IMG/VR virus record: IMGVR_UViG_3300045125_000071
Coordinates: 171,582-235,581 of that record
Length of the DNA: 64,000 nt
Reading direction: 5' to 3' (one strand)
DNA from: a virus
Position 1 is the first letter of the stretch. Each line of letters begins with the position of its first letter. Under the pieces are notes generated by a model. The model had not been told where the DNA came from and did not search any database. It saw only the letters and a list, made by a program, of their open reading frames with translations. This document shows positions 21,138 to 32,742 of this stretch, piece by piece. The position numbers and the translations under genes are program-made.

Positions 21138-23723
21138 CATATCTCTATTTTTGATTTAATACCCATAGTCCATTCGTTTTTGAATTTCTTGTTGTAATTC
21201 ACTATAAGAATAACCAGACTTGTTATAGTCTTCTGATGATGGGTTGTAGTTTCTATCACATACAGCATCTTTAAAATGCTCTAATAACTCACTATTTGAA
21301 TAGTCTTCAAGTTCGATTTTCTTTGTCATAGCTTTTCTATTTCTTGTTTTACTTCCTGTAAATAAACGCTTTGAGTAGATTCTGCAATATCTTTTTCCAT
21401 ACCCATAGCGTGCAAAGCTGATGCATATACATTCATCATTTCATCCACAGCTATTAATGCACATTGTTTCTTACAGTACGTTTTATCAAAACCTCTACCA
21501 TCTTCAGAGATTCTTGTTTCTACATACTCACCAAACATCTCAAATAATTCTTTTGCTTTTTCTTTTGGTGTCATAGTTTTTCTATTTCTCTTTTAACCTC
21601 TTGCCAATAAATCAACGCCTCTTCTCGTTGTGCTTCATAATAATACTGATGAGTTCCACCAACATCGTCCCAGTCGACGTTAGACGGGCTTCTTGGCTCT
21701 GACTTTATTATCTCATCCACCGCTTTCGATGCACAGTTTTTAGCATTTCGGTCTTTCATATTATCAGTTAAAAATGATAATATTAATTCTCTAAATTCTT
21801 CAAATAATTCTTTCGCTTGTTCTTTAGGTGTCATGATTTATTATACCTATAAGTTTGATTGTAATATTGTTAATAATATCAAAAACTTTTGGCATATCAA
21901 AATATTTGCCATTTTTTTTATCATTTTTTACCAAAATATTTGTTTCTCCATTCGGTGACTTGTCTTTTATATTCGTTCTTTTTTCTCTATGCCTGGCGAT
22001 TTCTTCAAGCAATGACTTAACATAATCGTCTTTTTTATATTCTTCGTTTCTATTTTTGTATTTGTCTTTTAATTCATCCAATTCACTTTTAAGTTCTCCA
22101 ATATGAAACTTCAGAGATTTATTCTCTTTCATTAAAAGTGATATGATTTCATTTTCAGACCAGTTCCTTTTAATCTGTAAAAGGAGTTCTCGCTTTAAGT
22201 ATTTATTCTGTTCCATAATATTTGTTATAATATTCCATACCTTGTTGATACGCCTCGGTTTCCAACGGTGAAACAAGTCCAACCACATGGGCATCCACAA
22301 TTTGCTTCATTTCCATTGTTTTTGCGCTCGATACAGCGGCTGATAATTCCAAAAGTTGTTTTGGTGTTAATGATTGTGGACCCAGGATGGTCTCAAGTCT
22401 CATTTCCAAATAATCAACCGCAGTTTTTTGTTTAATTTCATTTTCCATGTTATTTGTTTTTTACAATTTACTCACTTCAAAAGAACAATGTGGTTCTTCA
22501 ATATTGTTGTTCATGGTATTAAGTTTTATTATAAATGTATTTACCCACCCATTCGGTTCTCCCATCCTGGTTGGTAAATGTTTTTGGTTTGTCAGCATTT
22601 TTATTCTTAATCCTACTACCACTCCCCTTTACTCCCTTTTCTGCCCCGATATGATTATACTTGGGTTCCTCCTCAATTCAAACCCAATAGGTAGTTTGGA
22701 TTGGATGGATTGAATATATTCCGCAAGTATTTTTCTATTAATATTATTATTATATACTTTTTCAGAACCATCCATTGTTGGATATTTATATCTGTATTCA
22801 GATTTATTAAGGTCGAAGGAATTATAATAGTTTAAAAAACCAAGAAGATGTTCCTCCGTGAACATACACTTTTCACGGGCTTTATTATGGCCAGCTACAA
22901 AACCAATAACCATATCAGGACGTGAGTTTTCAGCCATCATTCTATCAGGGTTTCTTTTCCAATAAAAATCTCTAGCCAATTGGTCAACATCGTCTTCATC
23001 CTCAAGATATTTTTGGAATTTTAACAACTTCATCGTAATGTTTAAAATTATCCAAATTAAAATCTTTCATTGTTTGTAGACATATTTCATATTCCATCCC
23101 AGTTTCGTAGTAATTATCTACAAACCACCTAATCCTCTCTTCATAGGATAATTCCCTCATCTTTTTAATTGGGGGTAACACTGATATACCATCCAAATAT
23201 TTCGCACCATTAAGTGGTAAATGTGCAAGTATTTGGTATTGATTTTTCTCATCCCAATCGTTTGGATTATCTACTTGCCAAACATGATACTCGCCAGTAG
23301 TTAGTTTTTCTATGACCAAATATGGAAATATATCAGACTTGTAGTTCTCACCTATGGTAAATAAGTAATCATCTATCTTTACTATTGGATGTGTCATAGT
23401 TCTATTTCTGATGTGAGGAATGTTTGTTTATCTTCTTGGTATAACCCATTCATGTTATCATGTTCACAGTTATAATTTATGATTCCAATAGATTTACCTT
23501 CTTCAAAACACTTCTCAGCAAGAAGTGCTGATGGGATGAGTTGTTCTTTCACTTTCTTTAATGACGTTGCCATCTGGCTATCAATAGTTGTAACTGTTTT
23601 TCCCAAATTTGATTCTTTAATTAATGCGTCAAGCACAGCATTACTGATAAGAGAATAATCTTCAAGTTTTATTTTCTGCTTCATAATCCGATAGTTTAAT
23701 GATACAATATTAACAATAAACTG

Positions 23724-24804
23724 CTATAAATCCAATTTTTCCATAAAGGGTTTGCTCCATTTAGGTTTAATCATTTTCCATATCATATCATCTAAATCGG
23801 GTGAATATGAATTTAATCTCTTGAATAACAAAGATTTAATTGGGTTATCAACAACCTTTTGCGCAAATTCCTTTTATCTACCAATTGGGCAAATTCGGCC
23901 TCCATATTGGTTTTGATTTCGTCAAATTGTTGTTGTAGATTATAAACAACACCTCGTACCCAGTTATCAAACTCGTCAGGAACACTATCCAGGTATCGGT
24001 GAATATCTTCCCCAGTACTAAGAATTTCCCATATCATAGTGGTCGAAAAATTAGTCAATATCCTATGGAGTCTGATGTACTCATTCCCCTTTATTTTACA
24101 CATACTTCCATTGGAAAATTTAACAACAAACCCCTCTTGGTTATCTTTTATTATACCCTTTAGTATGTTTAAATCAGAAACACCATCATATTGTTTAACA
24201 ATCGGACACCCAATTATTTCAGATATTTTTTTGACTTGAGAATACGTTAACTCTTTCCCTGTCTTTGTATGAATACAAGATAATAAGAAAAGTTCTTCAG
24301 TATCACCATAATCAACAACTATCCTATTATTTTCTTTTATTAACTCGAACATATAGGTTAGTTCATCACCACTATAATTATAATCTGTTGCCTCATATAC
24401 GTCTTTATCTGTTAGTAAAGTAGTTCGATATTTTTCATCCATTATTTTTTTGACCATATTGCTTGGTCCGAAATAAATGAACCTTTAGATGATATGATTA
24501 ATTCTCCGTTATAAAAAAACGCCAAAATAAATGAACCATCTAATTTTTCTTGGACAATAAAATCTTGAGTTGGGATATGATAATTTTCTTCAATATTCCA
24601 AAATTTTTTAAATGGTTTGGCAACAACATTCCCTTCGTTGTCTAAAACAAGACCACGGCACATAATTGTCACATCATCCCAAGCATTATCATATTGACAC
24701 GCTCTTGAATAGTTATAAATGGACAAAGGTAGAGTCGGATGGTCTTGTTTAACCACCAAACCTCTACCAATATAATCGTTTAATATGTTCAAATCTATTT
24801 TCAT
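23724..24804 (-). CDS. T4 Rnl1-like RNA ligase (frameshifted)
   Basis: IYNYS, CRGLVLD, KPFKKFWN, motif I QEKLDGS, motif IV EGFVV, KIKGNEYIRLH. Confidence 0.85.
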
Positions 24805-24948
24805 TCTAATGAATTTGGTAAAAAAATTAATGTCGGATTTTTTTTCTGTATTTCTATTTCAGGGAATTGCTTTTTGAATTCCATAACATCAAAACGTTTT
24901 GTGATAAAATGAAAACCATTTTTGGTTGGAATAATGGCTACTACTTTA

Positions 24949-25401
24949 TCACCCAGTTGGTCTACAATAATCAATATGCTGTTTTATTGCCAATGTGGAC
25001 ATCCATAATCTGGTATCCACATCAACGACCCACCTTTTCTCATTTGTTTTGATTTGACCAACAACGGAGTCAAAAACATTCTTTTGATTTATTTGTCCTG
25101 ATTGAATCCGATTGACAATCTCGGTTATCATGTTCATACCAACATCCCTATGATTCTGTTTCTGAACATGGATATATGCACGAGCCTTGAAGAATTCACA
25201 CATCTGCTTTATCTCCTCGTATCTCTTCTCCAGGTATTCAATTGAGTTGATGCAATATGTTTTAATTGTCCTAACCGATTGATGATTATCTTTCTCACCT
25301 TCGGGTTGGTCCTTTTTCCTTTTGAGAATGAGACAAAAATAAAAATCACCCTCGTTTTCGAAGTTCAACAAGGGTTTGATTAATTCGATGTTGTCAATCA
25401 T
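24949..25401 (-). CDS. conserved phage hypothetical protein (probably extends to ~24804 past a frameshift)
   Basis: ORF track; DFYF..ILKRKKD, ARAYI, RWVVDVD motifs. Confidence 0.6.
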   Translation of the reverse strand: MIDNIELIKPLLNFENEGDFYFCLILKRKKDQPEGEKDNHQSVRTIKTYCINSIEYLEKRYEEIKQMCEFFKARAYIHVQKQNHRDVGMNMITEIVNRIQSGQINQKNVFDSVVGQIKTNEKRWVVDVDTRLWMSTLAIKQHIDYCRPTG

Positions 25402-25410
25402 AAAATTATT

Positions 25411-25806
25411 TTATAGACGGATTTCAAATCTGTCCTTCATTTGTTGTATCTTCTCTTCAGGGACACCATGTTGGTTCACACCATTATGTCTATTTTCCAA
25501 AATTACTGAGAACACACGATACCCATATGTTTCAGCCAATTTGTAGTAGTCTTCCATCTCCCATTCTTGGGTGAATGTATTTGATACCACAACTGGTGAA
25601 TGGTCATATTTCATAAGGAATTCGACCTCCATTTTGCACCAATTGTGTGCATCCTTTATTTTGGATGGTTCGAATTTGTAATTACCATCTCGGTCAACAA
25701 AGTACATATCCGCCTCCTTGTGACAAAAAGTCTTTTCGCCAACCAATAATTTGGCTAACGTGCTTTTACCGCTCCCAGGAATTCCTCTCAATAGTATTAG
25801 TTGTTT
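25411..25806 (-). CDS. AAA_33 P-loop kinase (polynucleotide-kinase-like)
   Basis: LLRGIPGSGKST Walker A, EADMYF, AHNWC, VVVSNTF, HGVP. Confidence 0.85.
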   Translation of the reverse strand, partial: KQLILLRGIPGSGKSTLAKLLVGEKTFCHKEADMYFVDRDGNYKFEPSKIKDAHNWCKMEVEFLMKYDHSPVVVSNTFTQEWEMEDYYKLAETYGYRVFSVILENRHNGVNQHGVPEEKIQQMKDRFEIRL

Positions 25807-26828
25807 CATAATTCGTATTTTTTGCAAATGTTATTTGTTTTTTTCGATTTTAATAATTTCGAAACCAAATTCTTTCATGTCAGAGCGGAGTTTTTTGAAT
25901 CGAATCATACCATCTTCTAATACCCTATCTTCATAAGACGATAATTGGTCCCCCCATGGATTCAATGGCATTGATTTTATGGTTTCTGTTCTTATGTTTT
26001 CCGCAGTTATTAACCGCCTCCAAATCCTACCATCCTCAAGAGAAAGTCCTTAAATACTGCCAACTCGTATTTGTTTTTAGTTTGGATTAATATAAACTGG
26101 TCAACATAGTCTTTATACTTTTCATTCAATTCTACAACCCTATCTTTCAGTTTTTGATTTTCTTCCTCTTTCTTCACCCTTTTCTCCTCTTCTTTTTTCT
26201 TCTGTTCTTCGGGTGTCGTTTTTTTGAAAAGATTCTTGAACATATTAGTTGGTTTTTTTAACTATTTCATTAATCTTGTTTTCAATATGGAATTCCAAAG
26301 CAGATTCCAAATGTTTGTTCACCCATTTGCTATCAAAGTAGAATCTTGCCATACCAAACTTCATTTTGATTTGATTTAACTCAAACCCTGGAATGGTTAT
26401 CATATCTTGCATAACTCCATCAAGATAGGTTGTTACCTCTGGAATGTCAAACTCCAATCCACCCCATCCATCAGGAATGTATTGTTTATACTTCTCGTTG
26501 AATTCGTCTGCTGTCATGATTGATTGTTTTTACCAATTAAATGCTTTGCCTACAATGTATTTTACCATTTTACTGGGTTCTTTGTCTTTACTAAAGGGAA
26601 TAAGAACACCCTCTATCGGTGCCATAAGTACAAAAACATAGAGCCAAAAGTAATTTTTAATTAACTTCTTCGATGCTAAACGAAACATAAAGATTGGAAT
26701 TAAACAAGCCACTAAATAAAGAATGAAATATTTCATAGACATTTGTAATGACAATGTATTTTTTGGTTATATTGATACAAATATAACATAATATAACACA
26801 TAAACAAAAAAATATGGGTTAACCCATA

Positions 26829-27374
26829 TTATTTGTTTAGTTTTTCAATACATTCATCGATTTTATCCCGCAATCGACCGCCTTGCCCATTATCCCCATC
26901 GACATGGATATGCCGCCATTTGGGGATTCTTGGTTTAAAATGTGTGAATTGATTACCAATGTTCAAGTCATCAATGGCAATCCAATTCCGTATCTTATTG
27001 TCTTTCACCCATTTGGCAATCTGAGCAGCCCTCTCCCATTCCAATGGTGGTCGGCTCAATTTCATCCATAAGTCCATGTGGGTGGTGGTGTCAATCAAAT
27101 GGTAACCTGGAATACCATAGTATTCAAAAATCCTCCTCATTTGAAGAAGACTATAGTGCATTCTCCAATCGGAACTTAATACCAGTTTGGCTTCGGTTTC
27201 ATCAATAATCTTCCGAAGAGCGGCGCAATCCTCCTCAACCCATGGGTATGGTATTGTGAACATACTCGACCCTTGACTCAAAGACACACGACCCTTTCCC
27301 CATGTCAGCCATGCCAAGGGTCCGTCAATATCAATGAATATGATTTTTTGGGTTGATTGATTAATCGTTGCCAT
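26829..27374 (-). CDS. HAD domain protein (HAD_SAK_2, Swiss-army-knife RNA repair-like)
   Basis: IIFIDIDGPL, LVLSSDWR, WIAIDD motifs. Confidence 0.8.
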   Translation of the reverse strand: MATINQSTQKIIFIDIDGPLAWLTWGKGRVSLSQGSSMFTIPYPWVEEDCAALRKIIDETEAKLVLSSDWRMHYSLLQMRRIFEYYGIPGYHLIDTTTHMDLWMKLSRPPLEWERAAQIAKWVKDNKIRNWIAIDDLNIGNQFTHFKPRIPKWRHIHVDGDNGQGGRLRDKIDECIEKLNK

Positions 27375-27643
27375 TAGGTTTTGCTTAACTTCTCAATGTG
27401 TTTCTTAATCCACTTGATTCTTGGTTTGATTTTATCTACTTTCCACCAATATCCTAAGAAAAAACACGAGCCCACCAAGGTTTGTTTCCATTTATGTACA
27501 TTCTCAAATCACGTAATTCAGAATGTGTTATAATATTACTATAACATAAATTTAGAGACCATAAACACAAACCAAGTTCAAAATGTTTCTCGTTATCAAG
27601 CATAATCTGAAGCAACTCCTTGATGGGTCTATTCTGTTCCATG

Positions 27644-28168
27644 TTATTTGTTGTTTACGTAATCAACCAAATACTTCAAGTCATTGTAGACCTGGATGAG
27701 TCCAGCCCTATCATCCAACAGAGCCGAAAAGAATGGTTTTGCTGATTCCCAACCCAAATTAATTCCCTTGGTATTAATACCATCGAATGGGATATTGTGT
27801 TCCTTTAAGAAGGCATCAACATAATCCAATTCTTTATATGCTGTCCAACAAATCAACTTGCAACCGATTGCCTTCAAGTCACGGAGCAACTGACGAACTT
27901 GCTCGTAGGTTGCACCCGTCTTATGGTAGTCATGGACGGTTCCGTCAAAATCGAATCCAATTGTTAATGAACCATACTTTTTGTACTCAGCAACAAGTCT
28001 TTCGCAAGACTTGTTGTGTATCAAAAACTCATCGGTATTGAGTGAATTGCTAACCAATTTTTCATACAACCATTTGAATGAAACATATTGGTCTTTGAAG
28101 CAACCAACCGAATTTGGATTCTCAATTCTGAAATCCTCCCACAAATTCTCAAAATTTTTATTTAACAT
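27644..28168 (-). CDS. HAD-superfamily hydrolase
   Basis: FDFDGTV, LICWTA, LLDDRAG motifs. Confidence 0.7.
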   Translation of the reverse strand: MLNKNFENLWEDFRIENPNSVGCFKDQYVSFKWLYEKLVSNSLNTDEFLIHNKSCERLVAEYKKYGSLTIGFDFDGTVHDYHKTGATYEQVRQLLRDLKAIGCKLICWTAYKELDYVDAFLKEHNIPFDGINTKGINLGWESAKPFFSALLDDRAGLIQVYNDLKYLVDYVNNK

Positions 28169-28949
28169 TTTCTTTCATTTTTGTTTTGATTTCTTCCAAC
28201 GTTGCAAGGTAAGTAAATTGACCGTCCTTGTAGAGTGTTTTCAATTCGCTATTAACTTCATAACCCCATGAAACTCTGTCAACTAAAGGTAATCACCGTC
28301 ATAGTTTTTGGTAACTTGTAACAAACCAGTCGCAGATTTCTTTGTTCCATCATCGGTAACAGGATTCTTGAAAATCTCACGACTTTCACCATTCACCTCG
28401 ACATAGGTTGCTTTCATTGCAAAACCAAAAGTGTCGCGGGTATTGTACTGATATGTGAATGAACCAACACCAAATACAATGTTCGTGGATGCGAACCCTT
28501 TGGATGCAAAGTCGTTTGCAGATTTCCTCTGCCCTCTCAAGCGTAATAGAATCCCCATAAATGACTCCAATGTGCGGGTCCAATACTTTGTATCCTTGGT
28601 CATTTACGGTGCCACCAAAGACATCCCAAAGCAGTTCTACAACACCTTTGAAAGATGGGTGATTGGCATCGTAATCGTGGTACTCAAGAATCTCTGCGGT
28701 GTTGTATCCACAAACGATGTCAGCTGGGTTTCCGCTATCAGGACGAATAACCAATTTACCATCACGGGCGACAATTTTGTCTTTCAGAATCGGAAGATAT
28801 TCAGTACACATCCTCCAAATATCAAAAGTGTCGCTAACCATTGAGAAAATACCTGTTGGGAATTTGTCCAATAGTTCATTAATCCCATTCAATTCGTTGG
28901 TGACTTTCTTTTTGACGACTCTCTTTCTTGTTTCGATAACGGTTTTCAT
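28158..28949 (-). CDS. Nampt/Namat-like enzyme, C-terminal half (frameshifted)
   Basis: Own ATG 28949 with A-rich leader; SMVSDTFD, LVIRPDSG, IYGDSI, FGVGSFTYQYNTRDTFGFAMKAT, KKSATG. Confidence 0.85.
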
Positions 28950-29000
28950 GATTTTTTTGTTTTTAATGTCATTTGTGTAGGTAACAATATATTTATTGTT

Positions 29001-29738
29001 ATGAATCACAAACAAATATACCAAAATATTATTGACAAAGCAAAATCCCAAAACAGAAATAAAAAAGAATCATATTTTGAGAAACATCACATTATACCAA
29101 AAAGTGTTGGTGGTAACAACTCAAAAGATAATTTAGTATTATTGACTGCTAAAGAACATTTTGTTTGTCATCGTCTATTATGTTTTATATATCCCGAATC
29201 CAAATCTCTTTATTTCGCATTTTGGGCAATGTGTAATCAAGTAAAAGGTGATGTTAAACGTGATTACAGAATTAGTTCCAGGATTTATGAAAACGCAAAA
29301 TTAAAATTTAAAGAAGTTAATTCTTTGTTACATAAGGGTAAAAAACTTTCCGATGAACATATATCTAAAATCAGAGAAAGAATGTTATCTGACAAGAATC
29401 CAATGAAAAATCGGAAAGGTGAAAATAATCCTCTATATAAAAAAGAACGTAACTCAAACATTAAATCTAAAATTTCAAAAACCAAACTCTTAAACCCCAC
29501 AAAAAATTGTAATTTCAAGGGGATTTACATTACTCCTTTAGGTGAATTTTTCACATCTACCCAAGCATCCGAAAAACATAATTTAGATAGGTCGGTAATA
29601 ATTGAAAGATGTAAAGAAAAATCTAATAAAGTCATAACTAAAAAAAGTGTTTGTTTTTCAAAAGATTTAACATCTAACGACATTGGAAAAACATATAAAG
29701 AAATTGGTTGGTATTTTATACCTCAGTTTCCGAAATGA
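29001..29738 (+). mobile_element. free-standing HNH homing endonuclease (MobE-like), antisense within the Nampt-like gene
   Basis: EKHHIIPKSVGG..NLVLLTAKEHFVCHRLL; NUMOD3-like HKGKKLSDEH repeats. Confidence 0.85.
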
Positions 29739-30540
29739 TATTTCCATTATCATCATAAACTACTTGAACTTTATACTCCTCTTCGATTTCAATTTCACTA
29801 AATTCAGTTATAGAGCACATCACCGAATGTTCGGTTGCATTTACACTACCAACAATCGTCCCTTGTGCCCCATAGAATTTCCTTGCACCATGAATGACTG
29901 GGAGACTATCGGAGCCTGAGAATGAGATTGCGTGTCCAAGACCCGAACTAACACAAGCTTCGACAGAATCAAGTCCCCGCATGGAGAAGTCATGTGCTTG
30001 CCAATCGACAAACCATGATTTTTCCTTGTCGGTTTTTTCTTGCCAACTTGTCAAAACCTTGCGATATTGGGCTGCGATGGTTGCGGAAGTCATTGGTTTC
30101 CAAAGCAGATTGGAAATGATTGTTTCCAAGTAGTTGGTAATCCAATAAAAGTCTGGGTGCGTGTTGTAAATTGTCAACACAGGAACCTTGATGCCAACAA
30201 TTTCACCTTCGGGAATGATTTTGACATGAATGGGTAAATAACCCAAATCATGGAGTTTCTCGAAGTGTGAAACATCGTAATCTGTATTTAAGTACAAACT
30301 CAATTCTCTTTTCATTTCACCACAAACCTCTTCCTTAGGTCTTGAGAAAAACTCTTTTTGGAATGCCTCATGAATTTGCATCATGACCATTTGTTGCCCG
30401 AATGAAACGACTTTATCGCAACCTTTCGGGGCGTGTTTATTGCTTCGGGGTGTGAAATTGGAGTACACCAGGGTTGTTCCTTGAGGGTACATCAAGTGGT
30501 GGCCTGTCTTATAGCCATCAGTTAAAAGCAACGGATTCAT
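29716..30540 (-). CDS. Nampt/Namat-like enzyme, N-terminal half
   Basis: LLTDGYKTGHHLMYP, YSNFTPR, HDFSMRG, ATEHSVMC, then an acidic tail and stop. Confidence 0.9.
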   Translation of the reverse strand: MNPLLLTDGYKTGHHLMYPQGTTLVYSNFTPRSNKHAPKGCDKVVSFGQQMVMMQIHEAFQKEFFSRPKEEVCGEMKRELSLYLNTDYDVSHFEKLHDLGYLPIHVKIIPEGEIVGIKVPVLTIYNTHPDFYWITNYLETIISNLLWKPMTSATIAAQYRKVLTSWQEKTDKEKSWFVDWQAHDFSMRGLDSVEACVSSGLGHAISFSGSDSLPVIHGARKFYGAQGTIVGSVNATEHSVMCSITEFSEIEIEEEYKVQVVYDDNGNIISETEV

Positions 30541-30577
30541 AATTCTTATTTTAATTGTGAGGTAAAGTTAATACATT

Positions 30578-31036
30578 TTATTGTTTGATACCCATATCAA
30601 CAAATAAAACTTCAAAAGTTTCATAAACGGGTATGTTATAATACTGACAAACTATGTCAACATTCCCCTTTCTCCAAAATCCTTGTGGACAAACGACCCG
30701 AATCTTGCCAGAATGGGCGAATAATCCAAGTTCCAACAAGGATATTGGGGATTTGGTGTCAGGGGCGAAGTACATTATAATCAAGTCAGCGTTCTCCAAG
30801 GCATTTAATTCCCAGGTGACTTGTTGAAAGAATTGCGGGTTCTCAAACTCTTGTGTCCAAGAGGAATCCCAATCGTCCCTTCTTGGGTTCAGAATGTCAT
30901 ATCCGCAATCACCCAAAATGGTTTCAAGTTTTTTCTGCCAATCTTCGGCTTTACCCATTTCGATTGAGCCAGCAAGAAAGACTGACTTTCTGTCTCTGTC
31001 CCTCTTTGCAATATTCATTGGTGGTTTGTAAATCAT
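30578..31036 (-). CDS. nucleoside 2-deoxyribosyltransferase-like protein
   Basis: VFLAGSI..DWQ, NPRRDDWD, QVTWEL, SPISLLELG motifs. Confidence 0.8.
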   Translation of the reverse strand: MIYKPPMNIAKRDRDRKSVFLAGSIEMGKAEDWQKKLETILGDCGYDILNPRRDDWDSSWTQEFENPQFFQQVTWELNALENADLIIMYFAPDTKSPISLLELGLFAHSGKIRVVCPQGFWRKGNVDIVCQYYNIPVYETFEVLFVDMGIKQ

Positions 31037-31203
31037 AGTTATTTAATTTGTTGTATAATTGTTCTATCGATTGGAAAAAGTTTTGCAATCCATCTTCGGT
31101 TTCAAAATAATAATACCCGCTTATTGTATGAAACTTTTTAACATTTATAAGATGAATGACATCGTAATATGCTGAAGTACCACTACTTAAAATGACCGAA
31201 ACT

Positions 31204-31545
31204 TTAAACTCTTTCATAATCTATGTATGTTATTTTAATTCCCTTCTTTGTTGCAAACTCAATCTCCTCTTTAACACCTCTTGATTTGTCCCAACCATCC
31301 ATTTTGTATACAATCATTTCATCACATTTATCAAGAAGAGTTAAACAAAAGTTTTTCCAAGATTCCCAATCGGTTGGCATTGTTACATGACTCACCAAGG
31401 TATGGCCATATACAATTGGTGAGATGGCAACATCACCCATCGAACAAAGAAACCCAGCGAATTTGGCAACCTTTAAATAATTCTCCTCAACCACATTCGC
31501 ATCTTCATGTGAATATGGTGATGATATAAAAATTAGTTTAGACAT
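31204..31545 (-). CDS. DUF1937 (NDT-like fold) protein
   Basis: IFISSPYS, SPIVYGH, GWDKSRGVKEEIEFA. Confidence 0.7.
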   Translation of the reverse strand: MSKLIFISSPYSHEDANVVEENYLKVAKFAGFLCSMGDVAISPIVYGHTLVSHVTMPTDWESWKNFCLTLLDKCDEMIVYKMDGWDKSRGVKEEIEFATKKGIKITYIDYERV

Positions 31546-31567
31546 AGATTATTTTCGTTTTAACACA

Positions 31568-32234
31568 TCAATAAAATTTCCTCAATATTTGAATTACGTC
31601 CCAAGCGTCTTCAAGTGCATTGTGTGTAACAACACCATCAACATTCGCACGTTCTTTACATGTTGTTAGATTGGGTAATGATTTATCATTTTTCCAATCT
31701 GTCATTAAAATTGCTGGGTCCAAAATTCTTTGTCTTATTTTAATCAATTTTTCCACCAAGGAAGTTGTTCCAAAAACAATTTATCAAATGTCGCGAAGTT
31801 TTTTCCTGCAACATTTATTGTGATTGGAATAGTATCTTTATTAATTAGAGGGTGGGTTATACTGTTTACAACTTCAACATATCCACCACTATTCAGAATA
31901 CCCTGATAATACCCATTACCATGCAACCATTGATAAAATTTTTTAACGACCTCATCCTTTTCTAAAAACAGATAATCGGAATGTGTTTGGAGATTTTGTT
32001 TCGTTTCATCATCACCTTCAAGATATTCACCAATCATTGCGATGATATCTTTATTCATTGTAATTGCTCTCGGTGAACCAACAATCTCCCTTTGAAGTAT
32101 TATGGTATTGAACTTTGGACATTCATCATATGGTAATTTCTTTTCTGTGTCTTCTATAATTGCTCCCATTGAAAGAATACAGTTTTCTCTGGGTCTAAAC
32201 CAGATGTCTCAATATCAATACTAATATACTTCAT
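31568..32234 (-). CDS. DEDDh 3'-5' exonuclease (frameshifted)
   Basis: MKYISIDIETSG, AGKNFATFD, HNALEDA. Confidence 0.75.
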
Positions 32235-32296
32235 TTTTTTATTCTTTATATTTCCAAATAAATCCACTACAAGTTTTTTTATAACTCCTACGTAGA

Positions 32297-32732
32297 TTAA
32301 AACACATTTAATTGTTTAACAAAACTGTGAATTGTTTTATGTTTTGAAAATGTGTCAACGATTGTACCATCCTGAATATCTTTGACACTATTTGTACAAA
32401 AGATACCATCGAGGTGTTGAACCAAGAAATCAAATCCGCACTGAATATTCCATGGGTTACAACCAAATAGACCTTACCACAATTTTTTGTTTTAATATTT
32501 TTGATAACTCAATAAACGTCCGACCCCCATCAATTACGTCATCGACTATTAAACAATCCATACCATTTAAATCATCTTTATATACTATCGTTTCAATGAT
32601 GTTTCCAGTAGAGATATCCCTAAGTTTATCGCACCGTATTATTTCCCCATCATATCCGATAGATTTTGCCAAATCAAAAATTTTCTTATTTGACCCCGCG
32701 TCTGGACTGATTAAATAAAACTTGTTATTCAT
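32297..32732 (-). CDS. Prs/Adps-like enzyme, C-terminal domain (frameshifted)
   Basis: Own ATG; LISPDAG, KLRDISTGNI, PRT motif LIVDDVIDGGRTF, VTHGIFS. Confidence 0.85.
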
Positions 32733-32742
32733 TTTTAGAGTT

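Larger units (their letters stand above)
16284..23684 (-). other. dense array of small hypothetical ORFs including MTPKE- and QTAV-type paralogue families
   Basis: ORF track; frequent ATGA start/stop overlaps; shared terminal motifs. Confidence 0.6.

Noticed and set aside
28896..29820. Split intein in the Nampt-like gene
   Set aside because: The extensions total only ~50 aa, too short for a HINT fold; the Cys belongs to the native HSVMC motif; the terminal Asn is followed by Glu, not Cys/Ser/Thr.
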